From NCBI GenBank assembly GCA_047611925.1, contig JBLFXB010000001.1, forward strand, positions 13,103-77,102: a stretch of 64,000 nucleotides of DNA, given 5' to 3'. The position numbers were made by a program, and so were the translations under genes. This DNA comes from Polaribacter sp. (GTDB lineage: Bacteria > Bacteroidota > Bacteroidia > Flavobacteriales > Flavobacteriaceae). Of the stretch, positions 50,843-60,259 are shown piece by piece. Below the pieces are notes generated by a model that saw only the letters and a program-made list of their open reading frames with translations, did no database searches and had not been told where the DNA came from. Within the stretch, counting starts at the first letter, position 1; each line of letters starts with the position of its first letter.

Positions 50843-53800
50843 ATGGACCAAAAATCAAACAAATACTTAATTGTAGCTTTACTCGTTGGTATTGTTTTTC
50901 ATGGTGCTTCTATCTTTTTTACATTAGAAACTACCTATGATGCATTAATTCATGTCTTTTTTGCCGAACATTATGCCAATAGTTGGTTTGAACCTTGGAA
51001 CTATAAATGGTACACAGGGTTCTCTATAATGAGCTATCCACCATTAGTACATCAATCAATCGGATTACTTTCTTTAATTGGAGGTCTAAAATTCGGTCTT
51101 ATTATTGTTGCTCTATTAAGTATTATCCTTTTTATTACAGGTGTATATCGTTTTTCTCTTATTATCACTTCAAATAAAACCATTGCGGGCTATGCTGCAA
51201 TACTAGCTGTGTTTTCATCTTCTTTTGTTGAAACACTCCATATATTTGGGCAACTACCTAGTATTGTTGGAGTTTCTTTTTTAATGCACTCAATTCCAGA
51301 AATATACCAATGGATAAAGACAGGGAAATACAGGCATCTTCTTACTTCTCTTTCATTAATTGGAGTTATTGTTGTTTCACACCATGTGACTATTATCTTC
51401 GGAATGATCTTTTTTATCTTCCCATTAATAGGTATGATGATTATGGACCTTTCTAGAGAACAAGTTAATTCGTATAAAGAAGTGAGTTTTAAACTATTTC
51501 TAACAAGTTTCTTAAGCCTTTTTAAACGAATTTTTGGTTTCGGTCTTTTAACCGTTTTTATTATAATTGGAGCTATTTTACCTTATTGGATAAATAGTAA
51601 AAATAATCCTATCACTCAAGTACCAATTCCACATGGTTCTAGAGATAATTTCTTAGAGATAACTTCTTCAGGCTTGGTCTTTTTTCTAATTCCTTGGGGA
51701 GTATTACTTCTTATTTTACCTTATTTATTTTATAGATATTATAGCAAACGCTATTTATTTTTTGGATTATCAATTACCCTATTAACAATTTTAGGAACTG
51801 GTGGTACTACGCCAATTCCTAAAATGATTTTAGGAGAAAATGCATATGACATTCTAACTTTAGATCGCTTTACGCTTTGGGCTTCCATTATGTCTCTTCC
51901 TATGTTTGGTGAATTTGCATATCGACTCGTAGAAGGTGATTTAAAAAATAGCATCCAACGTAAGTTTGGAGCTGTTTTTCATCGATTAATGGGAGGTTTT
52001 TTAGCAGGAGTATTTTTATTTATGACTGTTTTCACAATTACTCTCGGCTATTTTAGGCCTACTCAGCCTCAAAAAATTAAAACCTTACCTATTGTTAATT
52101 TCTTAAATCAAGACCAGCATGATCAATGGAGATATCTAACGTTAGGTTTTGGAGACCAAATGGCCTGGCTATCCTCACAGACAAAAGCATTAACTGTAGA
52201 CGGGAATTACCACTCAGCAAGACGATTGCCCGAATTAACAACAAGAGCGATTGAAAGACTTGAGAACTCTAAATTTAAAGGAGTTGAAGGCATCGGCTCA
52301 CTACAACAATTTTTAACGGTACCAGAAAAGTATAATTTAAAGTATATTTTTTCTAATGATAAATTTTATGATCCAATTTTATATTTCTGTGGATGGCAAC
52401 GATTACCTCAATTAGAAAATGGTATTGCAGTCTGGGAGAAATTAAATATCCCTCCATTGGCTACGATATTGCCAAAAGAAGATGTTTCTAAATGGCAAAA
52501 AATACTTTGGGGAGTTATTCCTTTCTTCATTGTTTTATTGGCTTTTATAATTAACATTCAAATACCATGGATACAAAAATTAAAAAACAAAACTGCTCTT
52601 ATACCTGATTATCTATCTAAGAAATACAGTTATACACATTTTTCAAAGACTCTAAGAGTTTTTTCTCAAGTTTGGTTTATTATTATAAGCGCTATCATTT
52701 TTTATGGATTGCACTTGTTTTATATAAAAAATGATTCACATCACTCTCCAGAAAATGTAATTATGGCTTATTATGATGCCTTAGATTTTAAAGAGTTCGA
52801 AACAGCACACAACCTTATCAATCCCAAAAACGAAATTACTATAGCACAATATATGTTAGAGGCTTCAGTAACGGATGGCTTGCTAAGCTCCTATGCTAAA
52901 CTAGAGAATTTGAAGAGTGAAATTACATTGAAGAATGATAGTTTAGCACTAGCTGTAATACAAACCAACTGGGTAACACCTTTAGAAAAAATCAACAAAA
53001 CATACCATAAGACACTAAGTAAACAAGATGGAAAATGGTACTTAAACCCTGAAAACATCGATACTGATTTACCACCGGACAAACTGTACTCAAAAAATAA
53101 CACTTCCTATTACAGTCATGGAAGAAGAAGAATTACCACAGAACAAACGCATCATGAAGATGTTTTAAAGCAACCAGTACTAGAAATTATTTCGGCAAAA
53201 TTAGTGAAATATCAAGGTCATTATGCATTAGTTGGTGAAATCCAAAATATAGATAATGTTCCTACAGATATTGTTATTAAAGGAACCTTATATAATAATG
53301 AAAACAAAGAATTGGCAAACTACAATGCTAAATATCATATAAAACACAAATTAATGCCAAAGGAAATTAGCAGTTTTAAAATTAACTTTGAAGGTATTGC
53401 TTGGTCAAAAACGAAAGATTTAATTCCTAAGTCATTTAATCCAGATGAATTTACACCAGTAGGTTTTAAAGAACAACCAACAAGATTTAACATTCAAGCT
53501 GCGGGAAAAGTATCTGGATCTGATCTTTATAAAAACCTAGCTTTAAGTGATGTACAAATTAAAAACAACATACTAAGTGGTAATATATTTAATAGCGGTT
53601 TACATGAAGTGACAGTTCCTCAACTCTTAATAACTTATTACGACACGAATAAGAAAATCCTTTGGGTAGATCATCAGTTTTTAGGAGAGGGAATTAGACA
53701 ACAGCGAAAACAAACTTTTAGATATACTATTTTAAATGATAATGTCATTGATGTAATTAGTAACGACATGACCAACTGCTTTGTAAATGGATTACCCAAT

Positions 53801-53932
53801 GCTGACATCTCAAATAAAATTGTTCCAAATAGGATTGTAAACCACACACAATCTGAATTACAATTTATAAATCACAAGAAATATCCATATATCAAGATTG
53901 AATTAAATAATTACATAGGAAACCCCAATTAA
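50843..53932 (+). CDS. Large polytopic membrane protein, GT-C-like N-terminal half with extracytoplasmic NTF2-like and Ig/FxLYD-like domains
   Basis: More than ten hydrophobic segments; first loop TYDALIH...W..W...WYTG...YPPL resembles GT-C/PTPS-related membrane proteins; soluble C-terminal ~400 aa. Confidence 0.6.
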   Translation: MDQKSNKYLIVALLVGIVFHGASIFFTLETTYDALIHVFFAEHYANSWFEPWNYKWYTGFSIMSYPPLVHQSIGLLSLIGGLKFGLIIVALLSIILFITGVYRFSLIITSNKTIAGYAAILAVFSSSFVETLHIFGQLPSIVGVSFLMHSIPEIYQWIKTGKYRHLLTSLSLIGVIVVSHHVTIIFGMIFFIFPLIGMMIMDLSREQVNSYKEVSFKLFLTSFLSLFKRIFGFGLLTVFIIIGAILPYWINSKNNPITQVPIPHGSRDNFLEITSSGLVFFLIPWGVLLLILPYLFYRYYSKRYLFFGLSITLLTILGTGGTTPIPKMILGENAYDILTLDRFTLWASIMSLPMFGEFAYRLVEGDLKNSIQRKFGAVFHRLMGGFLAGVFLFMTVFTITLGYFRPTQPQKIKTLPIVNFLNQDQHDQWRYLTLGFGDQMAWLSSQTKALTVDGNYHSARRLPELTTRAIERLENSKFKGVEGIGSLQQFLTVPEKYNLKYIFSNDKFYDPILYFCGWQRLPQLENGIAVWEKLNIPPLATILPKEDVSKWQKILWGVIPFFIVLLAFIINIQIPWIQKLKNKTALIPDYLSKKYSYTHFSKTLRVFSQVWFIIISAIIFYGLHLFYIKNDSHHSPENVIMAYYDALDFKEFETAHNLINPKNEITIAQYMLEASVTDGLLSSYAKLENLKSEITLKNDSLALAVIQTNWVTPLEKINKTYHKTLSKQDGKWYLNPENIDTDLPPDKLYSKNNTSYYSHGRRRITTEQTHHEDVLKQPVLEIISAKLVKYQGHYALVGEIQNIDNVPTDIVIKGTLYNNENKELANYNAKYHIKHKLMPKEISSFKINFEGIAWSKTKDLIPKSFNPDEFTPVGFKEQPTRFNIQAAGKVSGSDLYKNLALSDVQIKNNILSGNIFNSGLHEVTVPQLLITYYDTNKKILWVDHQFLGEGIRQQRKQTFRYTILNDNVIDVISNDMTNCFVNGLPNADISNKIVPNRIVNHTQSELQFINHKKYPYIKIELNNYIGNPN

Positions 53933-55140
53933 TGTATACAAAACGAACAATACAATTCCTTTATCTATTGATATTTATATCCTGTTTTTCGTTTGCTCAA
54001 AATTCAAATAATATTCTTCTGACAACAAAAGAAACCTTGTTTACTGCCGGTCAAGAGATTATTTTAAATTTTAAAAACCTACAAAAAGATGCACCTACTC
54101 TATCGTGTTCAGGAAATTATGGAACAACTTTAATTGATCCATTTATTAAAAAGGATACTACAATTTCTTATAAAATTCCATTGAGTATTAGTAATAAATC
54201 TGGGGTAATAAGCTGGACTCTTTTAACTCAAACACCTCTTAATGGTCAAATACAAATTATACCTAAAAATAAAGTTTCAACAATGGAAACGTATTTAGGA
54301 CCACCAAGTATAGAGGCTGGAGAGAAAGATTACACAATGCTTGTTGTAATTCCCACCGATACTTTAGACAACCCTTTAAAAGAAGGAACTGAGGTTTTAG
54401 TAAAACATCAATTTTTATCCAGTGAAAAAGAAACCAAAGTAACGATTGAAAACCTAATTGCATATAAAAATATCTATTCGCCTAACAAATCTGGACGCAT
54501 GATTATTTCCTCAGAAAGTTTAAGTAAAAATTCTAAAGAGTTTGATGTAAATATTATGCCTGCAATTCCAACAAACTTTACAATTTCTACGAAGCGAAAT
54601 CACACATATGCAGACGGAAACCAAATTACTGCTTTTAGTACTTCAATTATAAAAGATACACTCGGTAATACTGTAAGTGATGGTACGTATGTTGAATTCT
54701 TTATCAGAAATAAACGGAATGCTATTTTAAAAACTTCAGGGACTACTATTTCTGGAATAGCTACAGCTAAAATGATTCATCCAGACCAAGAAGAACAATG
54801 GAAAATCAAAGCCTATATTACAGGTATGGCAGAAAGTAATTCTATCACTATTAATTACAAACAAGTAATTACAGATTTTAATATTTCTTTTTCAGAAAAG
54901 AATAGAACGCTATGTATTGGTCCGCTTAAAAGCTTTATGAATCAAATGATTCCTGATGGATTACAAGTTGTTTTAAGCGTTATTGATGATAATAAGCAGA
55001 TAGAGTTAATTGATAAAACTTCTAAAAAAGGCTTTGTTACATTCATATTAAAACCTGGTATTTTCAAAAACGGAACTTATACTTTTTTAATAGAAACTGC
55101 AGGAATAAAGAAAATAATAAACGCAAAAAAAATATGGTAA
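53932..55140 (+). CDS. Secreted beta-rich (Ig-like) hypothetical protein
   Basis: Signal peptide; ADGNQ...D.LGN.VSDGT.V.F resembles a Big-1 repeat; overlaps both neighbours. Confidence 0.65.
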   Translation: MYTKRTIQFLYLLIFISCFSFAQNSNNILLTTKETLFTAGQEIILNFKNLQKDAPTLSCSGNYGTTLIDPFIKKDTTISYKIPLSISNKSGVISWTLLTQTPLNGQIQIIPKNKVSTMETYLGPPSIEAGEKDYTMLVVIPTDTLDNPLKEGTEVLVKHQFLSSEKETKVTIENLIAYKNIYSPNKSGRMIISSESLSKNSKEFDVNIMPAIPTNFTISTKRNHTYADGNQITAFSTSIIKDTLGNTVSDGTYVEFFIRNKRNAILKTSGTTISGIATAKMIHPDQEEQWKIKAYITGMAESNSITINYKQVITDFNISFSEKNRTLCIGPLKSFMNQMIPDGLQVVLSVIDDNKQIELIDKTSKKGFVTFILKPGIFKNGTYTFLIETAGIKKIINAKKIW

Positions 55141-56666
55141 ACATGTATAGAAACATATTACGTATGCTAATTTTATCTTCATATATATTACTTATTGTAT
55201 TAATTACTTTTGGTGTAAGTAGTCTATACAGCTATTTAAATACGGGTGCTGATCGTAGTAAAATGTTACATACAGAAATTAAAAAAATTGACCAATACAC
55301 TCCTTTTTTAGAATGGTCTCCTTTAAATAATAAAGGTAGACCCATTAATTTGCAAACACTGAATGAAATTGAAGATGATTATTTAGAAGCATGGTACGTA
55401 CGTCACATCGCTTATAAAACAAATTTAGTTCAAAGCATTAATGATTATTATACTGAGAATGCTAGAAAAAACATTGCCAACATTCTTAATCAAAATAAAT
55501 CAAAAAACATAACTGTTGATGAAACCACTTTAGAGCATCACTTAACCTTAGATTTTTTTAGTGAAGATGGCAAACTGGTGGTGCTTACAGACAAGGATGT
55601 TTTAGAGTATAAACGAGTTTACAAAAACAATATATTTGTAATGGAAACTTATGAAACAGCTACTTACAAAATAATTCTACTGTTAGAAGATGGATTTTGG
55701 CGAATTAGACATATAATTAGAGAGGTTGTTTCTACAAAAAAACTGTTTAAAAATAAATCAATTGACACTACACTTAACATAAAAGGGATCAACTATTACC
55801 CTCAGAAAACTCCATGGGATATGTTTGGTAAACAATTTAATGATACAATAATTGATGTAGATTTTAAAATTATTAAAGCTGCAGGATTAAATACTATTAG
55901 GGTTTTTATTCCATATGAAGATTTTGGAAAAGCAAAAGTAAATCCCAATAAATTAAAAAAATTACAACAAGTTTTAGACCTCGCAGTTACAAATGAGTTA
56001 AAAGTAATGATTACACTTTTCGATTTTTATGGAGATTATTCTATTTTAAATTGGACGTTAAATCGAAAGCATACTGAAATAATTGTTTCTTCATTCAAAG
56101 ACCATCCGGCATTAATAGCTTGGGATATTAAAAATGAACCTGATTTAGATTTTGATTCTAGAGGGAAAACGGAAGTTATCAGTTGGTTAAAAAATATCGC
56201 TTCTTTGGTTAAATCTATTGACAAGGAACATCCAATAACTATTGGTTGGTCTAATGCCAAAGATGCCGTTATTTTAAGAGACAAAGTTGACTTTATCTCT
56301 TTTCATTATTACAATAAAAAGGTGGATTTTAAAAAAACATATACTTCTTTGAAAAAAGAAAGCTCATTAAAACAAGTTATTGTAACTGAATTTGGGACTA
56401 CATCTTATAAAGGTTTGTGGAAACCCTTTGGGAGTTCTGAAGACAAGCAAAGTGAATATTATAAATACATGCAAAAACAATTAAATGAACAGAATATATC
56501 GTTTATGTCTTGGACTTTATATGATTTCACTAAAATCCCCAAAGAAGTTGTTGGAAAACTTCCTTGGAGAAGAAATGCTCAAGAGTATTTTGGTTTTATA
56601 GATAAATATGGGAAAAAGAAAAAATCTTTTAAATACATTTCTACAATTAACTTACTTGATAAGTAG
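55134..56666 (+). CDS. Membrane-anchored clan GH-A (GH5/GH2-like) glycoside hydrolase with N-terminal accessory domain
   Basis: N-terminal TM; IKGINYYP, GLNTIRVF, WDIKNEP, SFHYY, TEFG, WTLYD. Confidence 0.8.
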   Translation: MVNMYRNILRMLILSSYILLIVLITFGVSSLYSYLNTGADRSKMLHTEIKKIDQYTPFLEWSPLNNKGRPINLQTLNEIEDDYLEAWYVRHIAYKTNLVQSINDYYTENARKNIANILNQNKSKNITVDETTLEHHLTLDFFSEDGKLVVLTDKDVLEYKRVYKNNIFVMETYETATYKIILLLEDGFWRIRHIIREVVSTKKLFKNKSIDTTLNIKGINYYPQKTPWDMFGKQFNDTIIDVDFKIIKAAGLNTIRVFIPYEDFGKAKVNPNKLKKLQQVLDLAVTNELKVMITLFDFYGDYSILNWTLNRKHTEIIVSSFKDHPALIAWDIKNEPDLDFDSRGKTEVISWLKNIASLVKSIDKEHPITIGWSNAKDAVILRDKVDFISFHYYNKKVDFKKTYTSLKKESSLKQVIVTEFGTTSYKGLWKPFGSSEDKQSEYYKYMQKQLNEQNISFMSWTLYDFTKIPKEVVGKLPWRRNAQEYFGFIDKYGKKKKSFKYISTINLLDK

Positions 56667-57858
56667 CACTCTTTTTTAATTTAGTTTTATTTGCTATTTT
56701 ATTAAACGTTTCTAAATATATGTCTGTAATTTTTGACATAGGATACGCTATAGCTGCTTCATAGTTTGCTTTTTCTAAAGCTATTCTATAAGCTTCGTTT
56801 GTGACAATTGCTTCAATTGATTTTGCTAAACTAAGTACACTGGTTGGTTCAAAAAATTCTGCTTGATATCCTTCTTCTTTTACTAATAGTGCTAAATCAC
56901 CTAAGTCTGGCATAATAACAGCTTTGCCATAGCTTCCTGCCTGATGCAATACTCCAGAACTACCTGTAGTAGATGTATATGGAAAAACCACTACTGCACT
57001 TTCTTCAAATAGTTTAGGTACATCTGACTCTTCTACGTAGCCTGTAAAAAATAACTCTGGAACATACGCATACCTTCTTTTAACATTTTCTAAATACCCA
57101 GGTACATTTGGGTTATCAGTTCCTGCTATGACTATTTCTAAATCCATTCCTGTAGATTTTCTAACTTTTTGAACAGCTTCAATTAATAGCCCTACTTTTT
57201 TATAGGTTCCAAATTTTCCAAACGTCATTATTTTCATTGCCCTTTTTGGCAATTTAAATGTTGGTTCTTTCGAAACTTCAAATGTACCATGTGGTATTGC
57301 CATTACATTTTTAACTTTGTATTTTTTTTCTAAGATCCCTACGTATTTTTTCATAGTTACCGCAACTACATCTGCCTTTAAAATTATTCTCGTTAACGTG
57401 CTTCCTACAAAACCATAAACTTTTTCCAATATTTTATTTGATGTAAATCCTGCTTTTTTTAAATCTACTTGCTCTAAAATATTATGCAATAAAACAATTG
57501 TTGGTATGCGTTTAATTTTGCAGATTAGTGGTAATAACAATCCAAGGGCTGCTGGTAGTTTTTTATCACCAAACTTCATAAATTGTAAATTGAATAATAT
57601 TCTGTCAGGTTTCGTTTGAGTAATCGCTTTTGAAACGTTAAAAACGTTTATATATGAATTAAATGACCAACATTCTTTAATTGTTATTTTACATCCTTCT
57701 TCAGAAAAATCAATTGTTTTGGGCTCTTTTGTAACATCAGTTAATAAAATAAGTTCTGTAATCTCTTCTTTTAATCTAAAGTGCTTTACCAAATGATATG
57801 CGTATTCATTTAATGTTACTTTACTCGGCGGATAAGCTGTTATAATTGCAAGTTTCAT
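56647..57858 (-). CDS. GT4 family glycosyltransferase
   Basis: AIITAYPP, LHN, IPHG, FG.FG.YK, GYV, VFPY...GSSGVL. Confidence 0.85.
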   Translation of the reverse strand: MKLAIITAYPPSKVTLNEYAYHLVKHFRLKEEITELILLTDVTKEPKTIDFSEEGCKITIKECWSFNSYINVFNVSKAITQTKPDRILFNLQFMKFGDKKLPAALGLLLPLICKIKRIPTIVLLHNILEQVDLKKAGFTSNKILEKVYGFVGSTLTRIILKADVVAVTMKKYVGILEKKYKVKNVMAIPHGTFEVSKEPTFKLPKRAMKIMTFGKFGTYKKVGLLIEAVQKVRKSTGMDLEIVIAGTDNPNVPGYLENVKRRYAYVPELFFTGYVEESDVPKLFEESAVVVFPYTSTTGSSGVLHQAGSYGKAVIMPDLGDLALLVKEEGYQAEFFEPTSVLSLAKSIEAIVTNEAYRIALEKANYEAAIAYPMSKITDIYLETFNKIANKTKLKKSATYQVS

Positions 57859-57904
57859 AGATTGATTATTTAATATTAGTTGTTTGTTATATAATTACTT
57901 GATG

Positions 57905-58107
57905 TTAACTTGCAATACTATATTCTAAGCATTTAGCTAATAATTTATTTACAAGGCTTAATGCTTTTTCTAGAAGTTGTGGTACGTTATCCATATCAAT
58001 ACCATAGTTTACATAGGCATCACTTAGTTCTTCTAAAGTGCTTTCTAAATATTGTTTTGTTTTTTCAGTTCTTCTTTTATGATGATTTTTTTTAAATTAT
58101 TATCCAT
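57905..58107 (-). pseudogene. Possible degraded small gene between the flippase and GT4 genes
   Basis: Startless open frame KRRTEKTKQYLESTLEELSDAYVNYGIDMDNVPQLLEKALSLVNKLLAKCLEYSIAS*; the nearest ATG (58107) is in another frame; lies downstream of repeat promoter site 3. Confidence 0.3.
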
Positions 58108-58146
58108 TAAAAAACCAATAGTAAATACAATAAATTGGCGCTATAG

Positions 58147-58234
58147 TAAAGATCAAAAAAGAATAGAAGAGTTTGTTGTTAATTTAGTTCGAAAGCAAAT
58201 ACCTATCGATGAATGTCCTTTTTTATAAGAAGAG
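58147..58234 (-). promoter_or_regulatory. 21-bp-period direct repeat promoter, site 3
   Basis: TAGTTCGA (58185), TCGATGAA (58206), degenerate AAGAAGAG (58227); -7-like GATCTTTA on the minus strand at 58154-58147. Confidence 0.5.
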
Positions 58235-58249
58235 TGATTTTTCTATATT

Positions 58250-59503
58250 TTACCTCAAAGCTTTTTTTGCAGGCAACAATACACTTCCGAAAAACAACAA
58301 TTGTACAACCAATAAAATCAACATTGCAAGAATTTGCATATGAACAACCTGCTCTAAAGTTTCATGAAACCAAATAATTAAAACCACTTGTAAGATTCCA
58401 AAAACACCAGAAATAATCACCGGAATGTACTTATCTAAAGAAAGATAGTAATAAGCGAAAATATTTGATATTGCAAATAAAGATGTCGCTAAAGCATATT
58501 TCCATAATAAAGAAGAAATCTCAAGGTAGCTTTCACCAAATAGTAAGTGAACAATAGTTTCTGGAAATAATGCACAACTACTAATAATAACACATGACAA
58601 AAAAGTTATATATCCTATATACTTAAACAACACAGGGCTTGTCCTTTTTCCATCTTTTTTCAACTCAATTACTTTTGGTAATAATAGCATTACAAACATC
58701 CAAGCTATAAAATAAACCATCCTTCCTATTAAAGCTAAAGAAGCATATAATCCAGCATCGTAAGACTCAAAATAATGTTTTACTAATAGTATATCACTAT
58801 TATTAATAACAACTTGAGTAAGTTCATAGAAAGCAGTTAACAAAAAAAAACTTTTTATTTGTTTTATATATACTTCTCTTATTCTGAATCTCTTATGTAG
58901 AGTGAAAAATTTAAGCTTAAAAGGAATCATCCCAAATACAAAGGAAATTATAATTCCAAATGCAATTATTACTGGGAATTTAATCCCGAAAATTAAGATA
59001 AGACCCAAGGTTATTAGTAACCTGCTAAGCATTTCTGTTTGGTAGGTAATCGACAAAGATGTAAATTCTTTTTTCCCTTGAAAAACACCTCTGTTGATAC
59101 TCATAAAGAAATACAAAGGAACTCCAAACCCAAAAACAACAAACATGGATGATGACGATGTATTAAATAATATTTGTAGTTCCGAAGAAGAAATAATAAT
59201 TAGTACGCCAAGAGAAACCCCAATAATTAAGGCGATTTTATACATTGAAGACATAAAACGATTGAATGTTTTTACTCTAAAAAGTATTGAAAATTTAGCT
59301 ATAACTAATTGAAATGTCATTGCAACAAAAGACAGTGTCAATAAAAAAGTTATTAATACTGCAGCATCTGCAAAATGTTCTGGTCCTAATATTCTTCCAA
59401 GCAAAAGATTGTATAAATAGTTTCCTCCATTTACAATTAGCACACTTATCATAAATAGTTGCTCTGACGATACTTTTTTGTTTATTGAATTAATTGTAAT
59501 CAT
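58250..59503 (-). CDS. Wzx-like oligosaccharide flippase
   Basis: About 12 hydrophobic segments; NYLYNLLLGRILGPE.F, RGVFQG, DILLVKHYF...AGLYAS. Confidence 0.85.
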   Translation of the reverse strand: MITINSINKKVSSEQLFMISVLIVNGGNYLYNLLLGRILGPEHFADAAVLITFLLTLSFVAMTFQLVIAKFSILFRVKTFNRFMSSMYKIALIIGVSLGVLIIISSSELQILFNTSSSSMFVVFGFGVPLYFFMSINRGVFQGKKEFTSLSITYQTEMLSRLLITLGLILIFGIKFPVIIAFGIIISFVFGMIPFKLKFFTLHKRFRIREVYIKQIKSFFLLTAFYELTQVVINNSDILLVKHYFESYDAGLYASLALIGRMVYFIAWMFVMLLLPKVIELKKDGKRTSPVLFKYIGYITFLSCVIISSCALFPETIVHLLFGESYLEISSLLWKYALATSLFAISNIFAYYYLSLDKYIPVIISGVFGILQVVLIIWFHETLEQVVHMQILAMLILLVVQLLFFGSVLLPAKKALR

Positions 59504-59792
59504 TTTTAAAAATGTATGAGATGTTAAAAGCCTTAAATGTTTTCTTTATAATTCTATTTTCCGTTCCTAAAACAAATAAAACCTTACTCCTTTTTACTGC
59601 TTTATTATGTATAAATTTTAACACTTCTATTGCAGATTCATCAATCTTCTTTATTTTACCCAAACACATAACTACTTCATGATAGTTGTCTAAAAGATTA
59701 TTAAAATACTCTTTTACTTTTCCTTTATTTTCTGAAGTAAATTCTCCACAGACTTCAAAAGTTCCTTTATTGTTAATAATTTCTAGTTACAT
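59490..59792 (-). pseudogene. STAS-domain gene with a nonsense codon at position 2
   Basis: ATG-TAA (59789-59787) then 98 open codons LEIINNKGTFEVCGEFTSEN...KIDESAI...FKNDYN; paralogous to the adjacent STAS gene; its end overlaps the flippase start. Confidence 0.85.
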
Positions 59793-59827
59793 AATTGATA
59801 GGTTTATTATTAAAGACTACTTGCTTC

Positions 59828-60106
59828 TTAAGCAACATTTTGTCCATTAAAATGCTCATACAGATCTTTACTACCAAATCCAATAATTGTAAATATTTTT
59901 TTTGTTAGTAGAGCATATTGGTGCATCTTAGTAAGTGTTACAACACCCTCTTGGTCTATTTCAGTTACTTTACTAATATTTATTGTGACATATTTTCTCT
60001 TTTGTAAAATGCATTCGAAATGATGTTTCACTGCTCGCACATTATCACATGTAATTTTACCTTGAATGTAAAAACTCCCTTTCTTTTCTGTTATTTGTAA
60101 AGCCAT
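59828..60106 (-). CDS. STAS domain protein (anti-anti-sigma-like fold)
   Basis: I.GKI...N, VTINISKVTEIDQEGV..L; 92 aa. Confidence 0.8.
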   Translation of the reverse strand: MALQITEKKGSFYIQGKITCDNVRAVKHHFECILQKRKYVTINISKVTEIDQEGVVTLTKMHQYALLTKKIFTIIGFGSKDLYEHFNGQNVA

Positions 60107-60142
60107 GATATTTAGATTTTAGGTTCATAATTGTTTCTATCA

Positions 60143-60209
60143 CAAATATCATTTAAGAATGTATTTAAGTATCCTATATTTCGATGAAAGGAGATTTAGT
60201 ATAGATGAA
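60143..60209 (-). promoter_or_regulatory. 21-bp-period direct repeat promoter, site 4
   Basis: TCGATGAA (60181), TAGATGAA (60202); -7-like GATATTTG on the minus strand at 60150-60143. Confidence 0.6.
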
Positions 60210-60259
60210 TTATTCGAAAGGTTTGGATTTGATTCATTAACTTGCATAAAACGAAGCAT

